Positions 27,188-41,980 of a stretch of 64,000 nt of DNA are shown one piece after another. Source of the DNA: Octopus vulgaris (lineage: Eukaryota); NCBI GenBank assembly GCA_951406725.2, contig OX597823.1:80600001-80664000 (forward strand). The letters are read 5' to 3'. Every line of letters starts with the position of its first letter. Position 1 is the first letter of the stretch. The notes beneath the pieces were generated by a model. That model searched no databases. It was not told the DNA's origin and worked only from the letters and a program-made list of their open reading frames with translations. The translations under genes were made by a program, and so were the position numbers.

Positions 27188-30100
27188 TGACTTTTGCTTT
27201 GTATTTGTACAAGTTGGCTCCAGGTCTCATCCAGATACCTCAAGAGACAACAAGTTAGAAGTTCATGTTGGTGTTATGCCTAGGGTGCCATATATTTGGT
27301 TTTGTACATAGTGTTGTTCTAGAGAATGTTTAAGAAACCATAAGAAAATTATGAGTTTGTTTTAAAATTTGAGATTACATAGACAATATTTTACGTAGGA
27401 TATGGGCAGTTCCCATGAGCACTATCTTTTGAATTTCTGTCATTTTTGGGTTTCGTGGTATCTGAGCTAGGTAGCAATCAGCTCCTTTTGCTATCATTCC
27501 TAGGGCCTATTACAACAGATATTGTTTTAGTCTTCAGGTTCCACATTCTGCTAATTTCTACTTCAAGATCTTTATATTTGCTCAGTTTTTGGTAGGTCTT
27601 GACAGATACGTTTATATCAATTGGGACAGTCATATCAATGAGGAGGCATGTTCTTTGTCTGAAGTCTTTCAATATGATGTCTGGCCTATTTGCATCCATC
27701 TTTCTGTCAGTTTGAATGGTGAAGTTCCAAAGGAGTGAGATATGATCATTTTCAAGCACTGGAGGTGGTTTGTGTTCCCACTCATTTTTATCATGGGGCA
27801 GGTTCAGGTTTTTGCAAATTACCCAGTGAATATATTGTGCTGCTCTATCATGCTCGTTGAGATACTCTGTAGGTGCAAGAAGACTACATATGGAGACAAC
27901 ATGATCAAGGCCAAATTGCATCCTGATGTCATCACTGAATTGTTTAACAATTGCTAGTAAGCCCTGCAGTTGTTGTTCATTTTTAGCAAATAGCTTTAAA
28001 TCATCCATGTAAATGAGATGATTTATATTTTATCAAATATTTTATAGCCATATTGTACATTATCGAGCAATTTCGAGAGATGCATTAAGGCTAGACAAAA
28101 GAGGAGTGGTGATAGAGAGTCACCCTAGAAAATGCCACATGAAATTCTTACATCTCCAGCATTGAGAGATTAATTGTCACTGTTCAAAGTCAGTGTGGTT
28201 CCCCATGACCTCATAGTTACAGGCAAGAAGTTTTGCCAAGTAGGTGCTATTTTATACATTTCCAGACATTTCTTAATCCAGCTTTGTGGTAGACTATCAA
28301 AAACTTTTTTTATAGTCTATCCAGGCTATCGACAAGTTTTTGTGTCATTTGTGACAATCTTCCAAGATCATCTTATTGATGAGTAGCTGATCGTTACAAC
28401 CATAGGACCCGTGTTTACATCCTTTTTGCTCATTAGAGAATATACCACTTTCTATTAAAAAACTATAGTCAAGACAGATGTTGGTATTTTATACATTGTT
28501 GTTAAGCAGGTTATGGGTCTATAATTTCTTGGTTCATAGTCATTAGTACATCAAGCAAAATGCTTAGCAGTATCTCAGTATCTGTTTGCCAGCATGGAAA
28601 GTGGATTTTAAACAATGATGATGAGTTCAGTTGTCACCAATGTCAACATTGCCTGTCGTCCTTACAGGGGTTGATAAAATAAGTACCAAATTAGCCTTGA
28701 GGTTGATGTAATCAGCTTCCCTCTGTCTTTAAATTGCTTGTGCAGTATTGCTCTTGCTAAATTGTTTGTACCAAATTGCTCTTGCCAAATTGTTTGTGCC
28801 AAAAAATTTGAAACATTATTACCTCTGCCTTAGCGAAGGCGGAGGTATTGTTTTCAGTTGTGTTTGTTTGTTTGTCCATGGACAAGATATCTCAAAAACT
28901 GCTGAATGGATTCAGATGAAACTTTCAGGGATGTTTAGCCTCATGACTGGCATGAACTGATTAAATTTTGGGATTGATCCAGTACTGGACAAGGATTCTA
29001 GATTATTTTCCTGTTTTTTTTTTACTTAATTTTTGAGAGCGATCGGGTTATTTTTAGTATTCTTGTTTGTGAAAGCAGTCAAGTTTATTTCAGATATTTT
29101 CATTTTAAAGATCATCTCCGGCTAATCATTGAGAGGATGTTGGTGTTGCTTTGGCAGAAGTTTGCGCTCTCTGAGTGCTCTTGTTATTATTATTTTACTT
29201 TAAAATTTGCAAAAAGGACAAAAAAAAAAAATTTATATACTGAATAAAAAGAATTGAATACTGGATGAAATGCATCTCACTGTTTATAGTGTAGTAGCCC
29301 ACGTTTACTCAAGAGGCCATTCAGCCCCTTTGCATGGCACTTTGGGAAAGTGTGCTATACTATAGCCCCAGGTTAACCAATACCTTGTGAATGAATTGGT
29401 AAACAAAAACTATGTGAAAGCACATCGTTTGTGTGTGTGTGTGTGTGTACGTGTTTGTGCTTGTATTTGTCTGCTCCACCACTGCTTGATAACCAATGCT
29501 TACATCCCCATAACATAGAAGTTCAATAGAAGAGACTGGTAAATAAGTGTCAGACTTAAAATAAGTACTGGAACTGATTGATTTGTTTGACTAAACACTT
29601 CAAGGTTATGCCCCAGCATGGCTGTTAACCAATGACTAAAGCAAGTAAAATAGAAAAGAGAAAAATATAATAAATGTCAATACTTGATTCTATCCTTAAG
29701 GCAGCAGGCTTAGTGTCATCTCATCTGTGAGGTCAACTTTGCCTTTCATCCTTTGGTGGGGGTCAATAAAATAAGTACCAGTTATGCACTGGTGTTAATG
29801 TAAATGACTTACCCTCTACCCCAAAATTGCTGGTCTTGTGCAAAAATTTGAAATCAATATTTAATTCTATCCTTCCACATTCTGAGCTCCTTTGTTAATA
29901 GAAATCATCCTCTTTTTATCCTTATAGGATTTACAAGATCAATACCTGATTTGTGCAGGGGTTTGGTTGATTCAGCTAAATTTCTCATAATTTAGTGTCA
30001 ACGTAGACTAAAAATGTAGTTGTTCGTTTCATACATTGCCCCAGTATGATCACAGATAGGAAATAACCAGAACAAGTAAAAGCATGTCTAATCTTTTTTT

Positions 30101-30516
30101 TAATGTATTATTGCTATTATATTGCTTTTGTGATCCTACTTTGTCATGTCTGGATGCACAGCAATTAGTCATTGAAGAATTACTGCTCCTATTTTTAGTT
30201 AATGGCTATTTAATTTCAGTGACTTGGAAAGTCGGAGATTATGATTACGTTGAAATTATATCAACTGCTTAGGTTTTTTTTTAATCTGTTTTACATGTTT
30301 CAGTCTTTAGGCTGTGGCCATGCTGGGGCACTGTCTTGAAGAAACTTAGGCAAAGAAATCAACCACAGTATTTATCTTTTGAAGCCTGGCACTTATTCTA
30401 AAGGTCTGTTTTGCTGAACCTCTAAGTTATAGGGACATGAACATACTAACACTGGTTGTCAAGTGATGGTGGGGGACAAACAGATGCAAACCACACACAC
30501 ACACACACACATGCAT

Positions 30517-30554
<38 letters not shown>

Positions 30555-32262
30555 AACATACACACAACAGAACAGACTGCTGATGAAATTATGCAAATGG
30601 CTGAGCACTTCACAGACGCCCATACCTATTTTTTTACTGCCCACAAGGGGCTACACACATAGAGGACAAACAAGGACAGACAAATGAATTAAGTTGATTA
30701 TATTGACCTCAGTGTGTAACTGGTACTTATTTAATCGACCCCAAAAGGATGAAAGGCAAAGTTGACCTCGGTGGAATTTGAACTCAGAACGTAGCGACAG
30801 ACGAAATACCGTTAAGCATTTCGCCTGGCGTGCTAACGTCTGCCAGCTCGCTGCCTTACAGACAGCCATACCTTTAATGTAGTTCTCAGGGAGATTCAGT
30901 GTGACACAGGATGTGACAACGCTGGACCTCTGAATTACTGGTACAACTTATTTTTGGCAGTTGAGTGAACTGGAGCAATGTGAAATAAAGTGTCTTGCTC
31001 AAGGAGAAAACACAGTGCCAAGAACCAAACTCACAACCTTACAATCAGGAGCTGAATACACTAACCACTAAGCCAGTGGTTCCCAACCTGTGGGGTCCAT
31101 GAACATGTTAAGCTGACAGACATTTCAATATCCTGGGGTCCGTGGGAAAACTTATTTAAATAAAAAGGTCCTTGGTAGTGAAAAGATCGGGAACCACTGC
31201 ACTAAGCCATGCACCATAATTGACTTGGAAAAATCCCCTAAAAAGCACATGACTCATGCTCCAATATGGCCACAGTCCAACGACTAACTGAAACCGGTAA
31301 TTGAAGAATTGAAAAATCAGTATTTTTTATCCCCAAAATATCTAATATTCTTAAATGCCTGTTAAGCTGAGTCTGTGATCCTGTTTCCACCCATTGACGA
31401 TAGAATTTCTCTTAACTTACCTTACAATATTACTGAGAAAGGTGTAAATGCTGCTTAACTTATTCTTTCCTATTACAAAATAGTTTACCTTGTAGCTACA
31501 TAAAGAATTGATATTTTTAGCTACATACATTATGCTATTTCTAAATGGTTAGAAATATAACTCCTAGAAATATCTAGAAATGTTTGCTTAATAATTTATT
31601 CTTGTTGAAGAGTGAATAGATATTTAATCTCTTACTATTCATGAAAGTAATGATTGATGTTTTTTATGTATTCCTACGGAAATGACTAAATTAAGAAACT
31701 AATGGTTTAAAGTTTGTTTTGCTTTTTGTTTGTGTGTGTGTGTGTGTGAAAGGTATCGGCTCAGGTGTGGCAGTGTAGTCAATAAGTTTGCTTCCAAACC
31801 ATATGGTTTCAAATTCAGTCCCACTACACGGCACCTTGGGCAACTGTTTTCTATTGTAGTTCCAAGCAAAGCAAAACTTGTGAGTAAATTTGGTAGATGA
31901 AAATTGAAAGGAATCCATATTACACACACACATACACATAACCCATGCCAGTGTGGACAACAGACATTAAATGATGATGATGATATATATTAATTTAAGT
32001 TTTTGTGGTCTGTTATAACAAAAACAATTTCAACTTTATCTGGTGAGTTACTCCAAGTACAAATTTATGATCATTAAACCAGAATATTGACTAAGAGTGG
32101 CTGTGTGGTAAGTAGCTTGCTTACCAACCACATGGTTCAGGGTTCAGTCCCACTGCATGGCACCTTGGGCAAGTGTCTTCTACTATAGCCTTGGGCCAAC
32201 CAAAGATTTGTGGGTGGATTTGGTAGATGGAAACTGAAAGAAGCCCATCATATATATGTATG

Positions 32263-32294
<32 letters not shown>

Positions 32295-35200
32295 ACAACC
32301 GATGCTGGTGTGTTTGCGTCCCTGTAACTTCGCGGTTTGGCAAAAGAGACTGATAGAATAAGCAATAGATTTACAAAGAACAAGTTCTGGGGTCGATTTG
32401 CTTGACTAAAGGTGGTGCTCCAGCATGGCCACAATTAAATGACTGAAACAAGTAAAAAAGTAAAAGAGTTTTGGCCAGTTAAAACCATCATCAGACTGAG
32501 ATGCATTGAAGTTACTCTTGGTTTTATATTGTCTCTATTAAGTTAAAAATCTTTCTTGGATGTGTGAATTTGACAGGTGTTTTGGATAAATTTTTATTGA
32601 TTAAATTTGGGGTTATTATCCTGCTTGGAATTTATTCATGTACATAGAACTTCATAAACAAGTGTATATATTTAGGTATGTCTCTTTTGTTTGGTGGGCA
32701 CAAAATATGTCAGTAGTTTTATTGGATTTAATCCTTTGTTTTAACAATGTAAAGGTCAAAGGTACAAAGTTGAGTATTTAAAACTTAGTAATTAGGTGTG
32801 TCAGCTTTTTCATAATGGAATTTTTTAGGTGTTCAAAAAAGAATGTAAATAGGTAGTATGTTTTAGCTGGTCAGTTTCTTCACTTGTTGTTCCTATTTAA
32901 GTATTTCCTGTTTTCATTTAGAAGGTAGGAGTTATTAGTCAGGCATTCCATGGTGCTGTTGGTGTAGAAAATTATTCTTTTATGTTTTGATGTTGCCAGT
33001 GTGATCTTTGCCTGCATCGCCTAACTGGCACAGGTGCCAGTGGCCCATCGAAAACAACATTTGAGTGTGGTTGTTGCCAGTGTCGCTGGACTGGCTCCTG
33101 TGCAGGTGGCACGTAAAAAACACCTTTTGAGTGTGGTTGTTGCCAGTACCGCCTGACTGGCCCTCGAGCCGGTGGCATGTAAAAGCACCCACTACACTCA
33201 CGGAGTGGTTGGTATTAGGAAGGGCATCCAGCTGTAGAAGCTCTGCCAGATCAAATTGGTTCGCCAGTCCTCAGTCAAATTGTCCAACCCATGCTAGCAT
33301 GGAAAGTGGACATTAACCGACAATGATGAGGATGATTTTATTCACCACATTCCCCTCTCAGATTCACGCACTTATTGCAGCAGTCCATCAGTTTTTCTAA
33401 GCCCTGTAAAAGAACTCTGAAAGTTAGGCCTCCAACCAGACCTTTCACAAAACTTTTAAGCCGGGATCTTTTCAGCACCACCTCATATAAAGTTATAGGA
33501 ATTCTTATTTATTTGTTTATATTTAATGATTCAAAAATGATTCTATCTTCATAATTTTCTATTTACGTGGAGTATTGTACTCTTTACAAAACATTTTATT
33601 GAAAGTTTCAAATTGGATGTTATCATTCCATCTCCTTGATGCCAAGTTGAGCATCTGGATAGAAAATATAGATGTCTTAATGCTTGTAGTTATTGCTATG
33701 AAATTTCAAACCTGTATGGGCACATTTTAAATTCGTTAATTACATTGGCAAGAACATGCACAGACACACACACTCACACACAAACACACATACACCACAC
33801 ACACACATATACTCTCTCTCTCTCTTTCTCTCCTGATTTACAAAAGTGTATTTGAAATCTGAGGAATCAAAGGATTCCTGAGTTTGTGGCTCCGAAGAAG
33901 CTCCTACATAGTTCCTTGAGCCTCTCGGTGTCTCATGCATGTTTATTGCAACAAACTCTATATTATTAAATGGGATCCACATGTTTAACCCTTTTGAAAG
34001 CAACACACACACACACACACACACAGTGTGCCAAACACTTAATTCTTTTGTTACTGTTTAAATACACTGATTTTGTTTCATAGAAAAATATTATTTGTAA
34101 ATCACTCAATGGGAGACATTCAATCACAGAACTCTAGAGTAAAGATTATTTGCCAACATAACATGGCAGTCCTGGTTAGGATGAATGTTACTGTTATTTA
34201 GCCCCAGGAGACATCGTCTCCAGCTGGAGATGATATTTCCTGGAGCTAAATAACAGTAACACTCTTCCTAACCAGGACTGCCACAGTATCTTGGCAAATA
34301 ATCTTTACAGTTTTGTTTCAATTAATTTTGAAAATAACAAAAAATTTATTAAAATATATTTGTCCTAATGAAGCTAGTATTTCAAAAATAAATAGAATTT
34401 TGACAGAAGGTTTCTATTTAGATAACCATAAAATAGAGACTTTCTATCGAAACTAGATGTGGTCTTATGCAGGCTGGAACCAAAAAGGTCAAAGAGCCTG
34501 TAGCTACGAAACCTTATGACTCTTCCAAAACAGTCGCAGAAGTCTGGTACAGGCTTTGACCTGGCCAGCTTTTGTGATACCGTCCCACCCATACTAGCAT
34601 AGAACACAGATGTTAAATGATGATATTTTGCCATACAAGTGAAACCTGATGTTATTGAAGCCTAGGAATCACCTGCTGATGCTTATTGACAATATATTCG
34701 TGCTATACATAGCTACAACACATTGACAGTTAAGAAAACTTGAATCATTTTTATTTATTGTACAACTTAAACATTTTAGGTTTCTCTTTCTTAATTTTTC
34801 TTATTCATGCTCGATATTCTATTTCAGCTCGTCCAGAATTTACAGACACTGTTGCCATTAAGCAAAGCCGACATCCCATTTTAGAAAAAATTGCAAGGGA
34901 GCCTCCTGTTCCAAACAATACTGTAAATATACTTTTAATTATTCTAATAAGTGAAAAATATTCCTTATTTTAGTGGGTGAGCTGAACTTGTTAAGAACTT
35001 GGATGGACCCACCTAGCTTTTGATCTTTAAAAAATCCTCTTATATTTTTTATTATTAGGAATTGCATAAAAATAATTGTTAAAAATTTTCTGTGTATTGT
35101 AGAAGTATAACCAATTAATAGCAGAAAAATTTTAACAATAAAATCTGATATGGACCCTACTTTAGATGGTGAGGGAATAAGATACATTTAAAATTTTCTC

Positions 35201-37560
35201 AAACACAATAAATGAAATTAAATAGTTTCAGCTAGGATTTGAAACTGTATCACAAAATCATCCATAAGTATTGGGGTCGATACATCCAACTAAAAATTCT
35301 TGAAGGAGGTGCCCCAGCACAGCCACAGTCTAATGAATAAAACTAATAAAAGATAAAAGATAACAGGTAGTGAAAATGAGAGAAATAGGAAGTCATAAAA
35401 ATATAACTTGTGTAAAGAACAAGCTTTAGTAACCTAATAAAATGCAGATACTGTAAATGCCACAAAATGATATACTGTACTATACTTTGGGAAGTAACAG
35501 TCATAAAATTTCTTTCTTTTAATGATAAGTGATTAATTAACACAAATTAGCACACATTCTTTTGACTCTAATTAGCATTTTCTTTAATTTGTTTCTGGTT
35601 GCTGGTTGTTTGAGTTCCAGTTATTTAAGTAGCAGATAAGAAGGAGTTCACTGTATATTTAATCCATGAGTCTATAGACAAAGCATATAGCATTAGTTTG
35701 AAAGAGTTTTATGAAATTTTAATAAGTAGGAGAAGGTAAATGTTGTTTAAGAAAAGGAATAGAAACAAATAAAAAAAAAGTGGTTGATAAGTCTAACAGA
35801 AAAACAATCCTCATTAATCATTAAATACCACAGAGTTATTTAAACATTCCATGCATATTTATAGAAGTAGTAGAAGAACCTGATTTGGCTTTGAAAATTT
35901 GCAGAAGTGAAAAGCAACAGAAATTTGACAAACACTACAGAAAAAGTGGTAGCTATATGAGGTTAATCAACACAATTTTTTTATTTTTTTTTTTTACTGT
36001 TTATTTTTTTTCCTTTTTCCTTTCTAATATGGGTTTGATTTTCCTGCAAAGTATCAGCTGAACACTGGGTTTGATGTAATTGACTCCTCCCCTCCTCTAA
36101 AATGACTGCCCTTGTGATAAAATTTGAAATCATCATCATCGTCGTCGTCGCCGCCGCCGTCGTCGTTAGCATGCTGGATGAAATGCTTAGCGATATTTCA
36201 TTTGTTGCTGCATTCTGAGTTCAAATTCTGCCAAGCTCACCTTCGCCTTTCATCCTTTCGGGGTCAATAAATTAAGTACCAGTGAAACACCGGGGTCAAT
36301 GTAATCAACTATACCCCTCCCTCAAATTTCAGGCCTTGGGCTTCCAGGTGAAAGAATTATTATTATTGTTATTATCATTATGTTGATACTGTAGTGACAC
36401 CAGGTTCCAGATGCCATTTTGGGATTTTCATCTGCACATGCACAAGGATTAGTGTTTTCCAGAAGGCCTGCCGGAAGTGCCTTATGCGCATGCTCAGTAA
36501 TCAGCAGCAGCTAGCTTTTACTGCTATTCTTCTTTTGCTTCCTGCTGCCGAGAGAACCAGACGTGACCAGACAAGCTCCGAGTGAAGGCGAAAATACAAC
36601 TTGGCGAGCTGTGAAGAATGCCTTCAACAATTGTGATTTAAACCGACTATGCTGTTTCCATCCCCGTTCTCCTACAATACTATCAAATCTTAATGTTTAA
36701 ATCAAATTTTTTGTAATTTCGTACTTACATTATATTTTGTAACATATTCATATTTTATACATAGTATAAGGCGCAGGAGTGGCTGTGTGGTAAGTACCTA
36801 GCTAACCAACCACATGGTTCCGGGTTCAGTCCCACTGCGTGGCATCTTGGGCAAGTGTCTTCTGCTATAGCTCCGGGCCGACCAATGCCTTGTGAGTGGA
36901 TTTGGTAGACGGAAACTGAAAGAAGCTTGTCGTATATATGTATATATATGTATGTGTGTCTGTGTTTGTCCCCCTAGCATTGCTTGACAACCGATGCTGG
37001 TGTGTTTATGTCCCCGTCACTTAGCGGTTCGGCAAAAAGAGACCGATAGAATAAGTACTGGGCTTACAAAGAATAAGTCCCAGGGTCGATCTGCTCGACT
37101 AAAGGCGGTGCTCCAGCATGGCTGCAGTCAAATGACTGAAACAAGTAAAAAATAAAAAAAAAATAGTATATTTAGTTATCAGGAAATAACTTAATCATTC
37201 TTTTGTTTGTTTTTTCAGTATGCTTCTAATGACAGCAATTTTATTATTATTACAGGACCAAATATGGTAAGTATTAAGCCCTCGTACAATAATATTTGGA
37301 AAAAATAATTTGATCTAAAGATATAAATCCTATTAAAATTTGTTTGTAAACTTTACAGGATTCTCTTAGTTAAGAAACACTACTAAAGTCATGTTCTAAG
37401 ACAGATTAGTATTAATCTGTTTTTCTTTATGAACAGCATATTCTTCTGAAATGGTTCTTCAAAATCAGGAGTAAAGTATCCATTTGTGACCATTTCGGCT
37501 TTTGTCAAAAGACTCTCTCTCTCTCTCTCTCACCCTCTCCCTCATATGCACAGGCACACA

Positions 37561-37593
<33 letters not shown>

Positions 37594-37631
37594 TCTCTCT
37601 CTCTCCCTCTCCCTCTCCCTCATATGCACAT

Positions 37632-37669
<38 letters not shown>

Positions 37670-40059
37670 CCTCTCTCTCTCTATCAGCAGCAGAAGCCCA
37701 ACTGATCTCTAAGGGAATAAAAACAAAAACAATGAATTACAGTAATATTACCACCTCTGTATACTCATCTAGCGATTAACCCTTTTGTTACTAACCCGGC
37801 CAAAACCGGCTCTATGGTAAAATGTCCTGCTTTCATAAGTTTTGAATTAAAATATTCCACCAAACCTTAGTCACAATTTACATTCCTAACACTAGCTGAA
37901 TGATAACTGAGTTATTTTACTAAATTCTTTGTTATATTTAAAATGATTGAAAGAAACACAGAGCATCTCAAAATAAATACAGTAACGAAAGGGAAATTTT
38001 TTTAGGCTTACCAAAGTCATGCCTCTATATGAATTCATACAATGGTGTTCACCAATAGTGAAACACGTTTCTCACCATATAAACAGATAAGGATATGACT
38101 CATATGGTTATTGTACTTGGAGATGAGGAAAATATAAAGGTTGCATGGGAACCACTGATCTAGTAATTAATTAGGCTTTTCAAAGTCATGCCTTTGTACA
38201 AATTTATACAGGGGTATTTGCCATTGCTCACCAATAATGCTGCCTGTGAAACATGTTTCTCACCATATAAGTGAGTGTATGACACATGTGTTTATTGTGC
38301 TTGAAGATGTATGCAGGCTTGCAGCATATCCTGTGCATACATATAAGTAATAGTGATTTAGCACCCATCAACAGATGTGTAGTGCTGGCTATTAAATGGT
38401 GTTTTACTTGAGCACTGAGCATTCCATTATATGCTCCAGGCATTCCACCTATAGAGCAGGCTACAGTAAGGTAGCCACACAATTTTGTAAGACTGTTATT
38501 GCTATGTATGGGATAATACAGTACCTTGAACCATGAATGTTGTCCTGATGTTTGTGAAATACTAATGTCAAGTTTTATATGAGGTCTATGGAAAATTCCC
38601 AATTTTTTGGCCAAAAATAAGGGGTTGACTTTTGCATGGGATCAACTATTACTTGAGTATATACGGTGTGTATGTGTGTGTGTGTGTATGTATGTACATA
38701 TATATATACATACATACATACACACACACATGTATATATAAATGTATACATGTGTGTGTGTATATATATACACACACATGCAAACATTGAAATTTACAAG
38801 TTTCTTTCATTCTCTCTCTGTTTATTTCTTCTTATCCCTTTCTGTTGAAGAGTGTCGGCTCGAAATGTAAAAAACTTTTTCATTTTTCCGAGTGTCAAAC
38901 TAATACACTTGCTTGTTGTTCATACACCTGCCTTTGTCTGATGTTTTTCTATAAATTTCAACTATACACACACACACACACATATATAAACATGATGCAC
39001 GCATACATACATACATACATACATACATACATAAACATGTAGAAATAAATATTTTTATTAAAAAAAAGTACAAAAACAAAGTATTAGTAAAAATAAATGA
39101 AAATTTTCAATAAACTTAATTTAATTACAGCAGCCATAGCCCTGCAGAAATGTATTTTCTTGATTACGATTAATTTAAAATCAATGTATCATATATTATT
39201 TATCATTCATTCAAAGATATTCAATTAAGATATAATACTATTTATCTTTTTTACTTGTTTTACAGAGTGGTAAATCAACATATCTACGGCAAGTTGCTTT
39301 GCTCCAAATCATGGCTCAAATTGGATGTTTTGTACCTGCGACATATGCTTCTTTTAGAATTTCTGATCAGATTTTTACTCGTATTGGCAGCGATGATGAT
39401 CTAGAAACTAATGCCTCTACATTTATGCTTGAAGTGAGAATACTAACTTAATATTGTTCTAAATAAAACGATTGTTAAAAGTCCTTAATATATATATATA
39501 TAAAGTAAACTCCGAATGACCCGTCCTTGTTTTCTTTGTATCGCCTATCTGGATGTTTTGTTGCCAATCCTCACCTATTTCTTAGTTAGGTAATATTTCC
39601 CTATGGCCAGACATGTCTTTTATTACGAAAGGCTTGGAAACACAACATGGCTTGTATGAAGAAGAAGCTCATTTACAACCATGACATGATATCGACACAT
39701 AGGTACACATGAACACATGCACAGATGCTCTCTCCCTTTCACACACACATCACATACTTCTTTCAGTTTGCAAGTACAAAATTCACTCACAAGGCAACAA
39801 GGCATTGGTTAGCCTGGGGATTCTTTTATTTGTTTCAGTTGACTGTGGCCATGCTGGAGCACCACCTTTATTTGACTCTGGCCATGCTGAAGCACCACAA
39901 ATTGACCCCAGGACTTATTCTTTGTAAGCTTAGTATTTATTCTATCAGTCACTTTTGCCAAGCTGCTAAGTTATGGAGGCACAAACACACCAACATCAGT
40001 TGTCAAGTGATCGTAGGGGATGGGGACAAACACAGACACACACTCAAATCTATCATCAG

Positions 40060-40092
<33 letters not shown>

Positions 40093-41036
40093 GTATATAT
40101 ATGTATGATGGGCTTCTTTCAGTTTCCATCTACAAATCCACTCACAAGGCTTTGGTTGGCTTAAGACTATAGTAGAAGACACTTGCCCAAGGTGCCACAC
40201 AGTGAGACTGAACCCAGAACTATGTGACTAGGAAGCAAGCTTCTTACCACACAGCCACACCTGCGCCTATATATCATTTTTTTTATACTCGTTTCAGTCA
40301 TTAGACTGTGGCCATGCTGGAGCACCACACACACAATTACAAAAGAGCTACCAATTATTTCATGCTTTAAGATACATTAGACTGGAAGGTTTATATAACA
40401 TGCCATGTGTCCCCAAGCAAGCTTTCATGCCCAATGCATAATGTTAAATGTATTTATAAAAAAAAACAGGATGCTGGAAAACATGAGAAGAAAAAAAGAA
40501 GGAAAAACACGAAGAAAGTTAATGCAAAGATTGGAACAAGGGGAAAGGAAAAAAATTAAGAAAAGTAAGAAAACCAAAATCTGCATCCTCTTTGACAGTA
40601 GAAACCATAATTATGTAGTTACATTATACTGCATCAGCTACATTAATTATGGATTCTACAGTCAAAGAGGGTGAAGAGCTTATTTTCCTTACTTCTCTTC
40701 CATTTCTTTCCTTTTTTCTCATTCCACGTTTTACATTGACCTTCTTTGCATTTTTTTCCCCCTTTTTTTATTTTTTTGTCATGTTTTCTCATAGACCAAT
40801 GTCTTTGTTTTAAGATGCATCTAATGTTATGAACTGAGTCTGGAAGATTGCTTGGAGACACATGGCATTATATGTTAATCTACCAATTTAATATATCTTA
40901 AGGCATGAAACTATAACTAGCTATTTTTGTAATTGTGTATATTAAATGATATTCATTTCTTAGTAGATGGAGCATTTATCTCTCAGTGGATAGAGTACTT
41001 GTGAGTAAATTTGGTAGATGGAAACTGAAAGAAGTA

Positions 41037-41083
<47 letters not shown>

Positions 41084-41906
41084 ATATGTTTGTGTGTCTG
41101 TGTTTGTCCCCCAACATCGCTTGACAACCGAAGCTGGTGTGTTTACATCCCCGTAACTTAGCAGTTTGGCAAAAGAGACCAATAGAATAAGTACCAGACT
41201 TACAAAGAATATGTCCTGGGGGTCGATTTGCTCAACTAAAGGCAGTGCTCCAGCATGGCCGCAGTCAAATGACTGAAACAAGTAAACGAGTAAAAGAGTA
41301 TATGACTTCATCATCATCATTATCATAGTTTTAACATCCATTTTTCCATACTTGCATGGGTTAGATAGAATAATACACTGAGGCAAATTTTACTGTGGCA
41401 AGATGCATTTCCTGTTACCAACCCTTACCCGTTTCCAAGGAAGGTAGTATTTCCCTGTGGCTGAATATGTATTTCATAGAAGATTGAAAATAAAGGGCAC
41501 TAATTGCATGATGGCGATGCTCATTTTTATAACTAGCATACAAGACATGGAGACACACACATGCACACACACCAGCCAAGATTCTATTGTGGAACTGAAC
41601 CTGAAGCCACTTGATTGGCAAGTGATATATGTGTGGCATCTTGAGCAAGTGTTTATTATTATAGCCTCGGGTAGACCAATGCTTTATGAGGGAACTTGGT
41701 TAGGGAGAAACAGCAGAAGTCAATTGGATGGATTTGACCCATAATACATACTGTATAACACTGATTCAGCTGAAGGACTATGTTAAAGGTACACGTATCT
41801 GTGCAGTATACTCAGCCATTTATGCTATTCATGCATAATTCATTGTGTTGGTGGTACTCAGTTGATCAAATAACAAGAATATTCAAAACTGTTGGAGACC
41901 ATTTAC

Positions 41907-41980
<74 letters not shown>

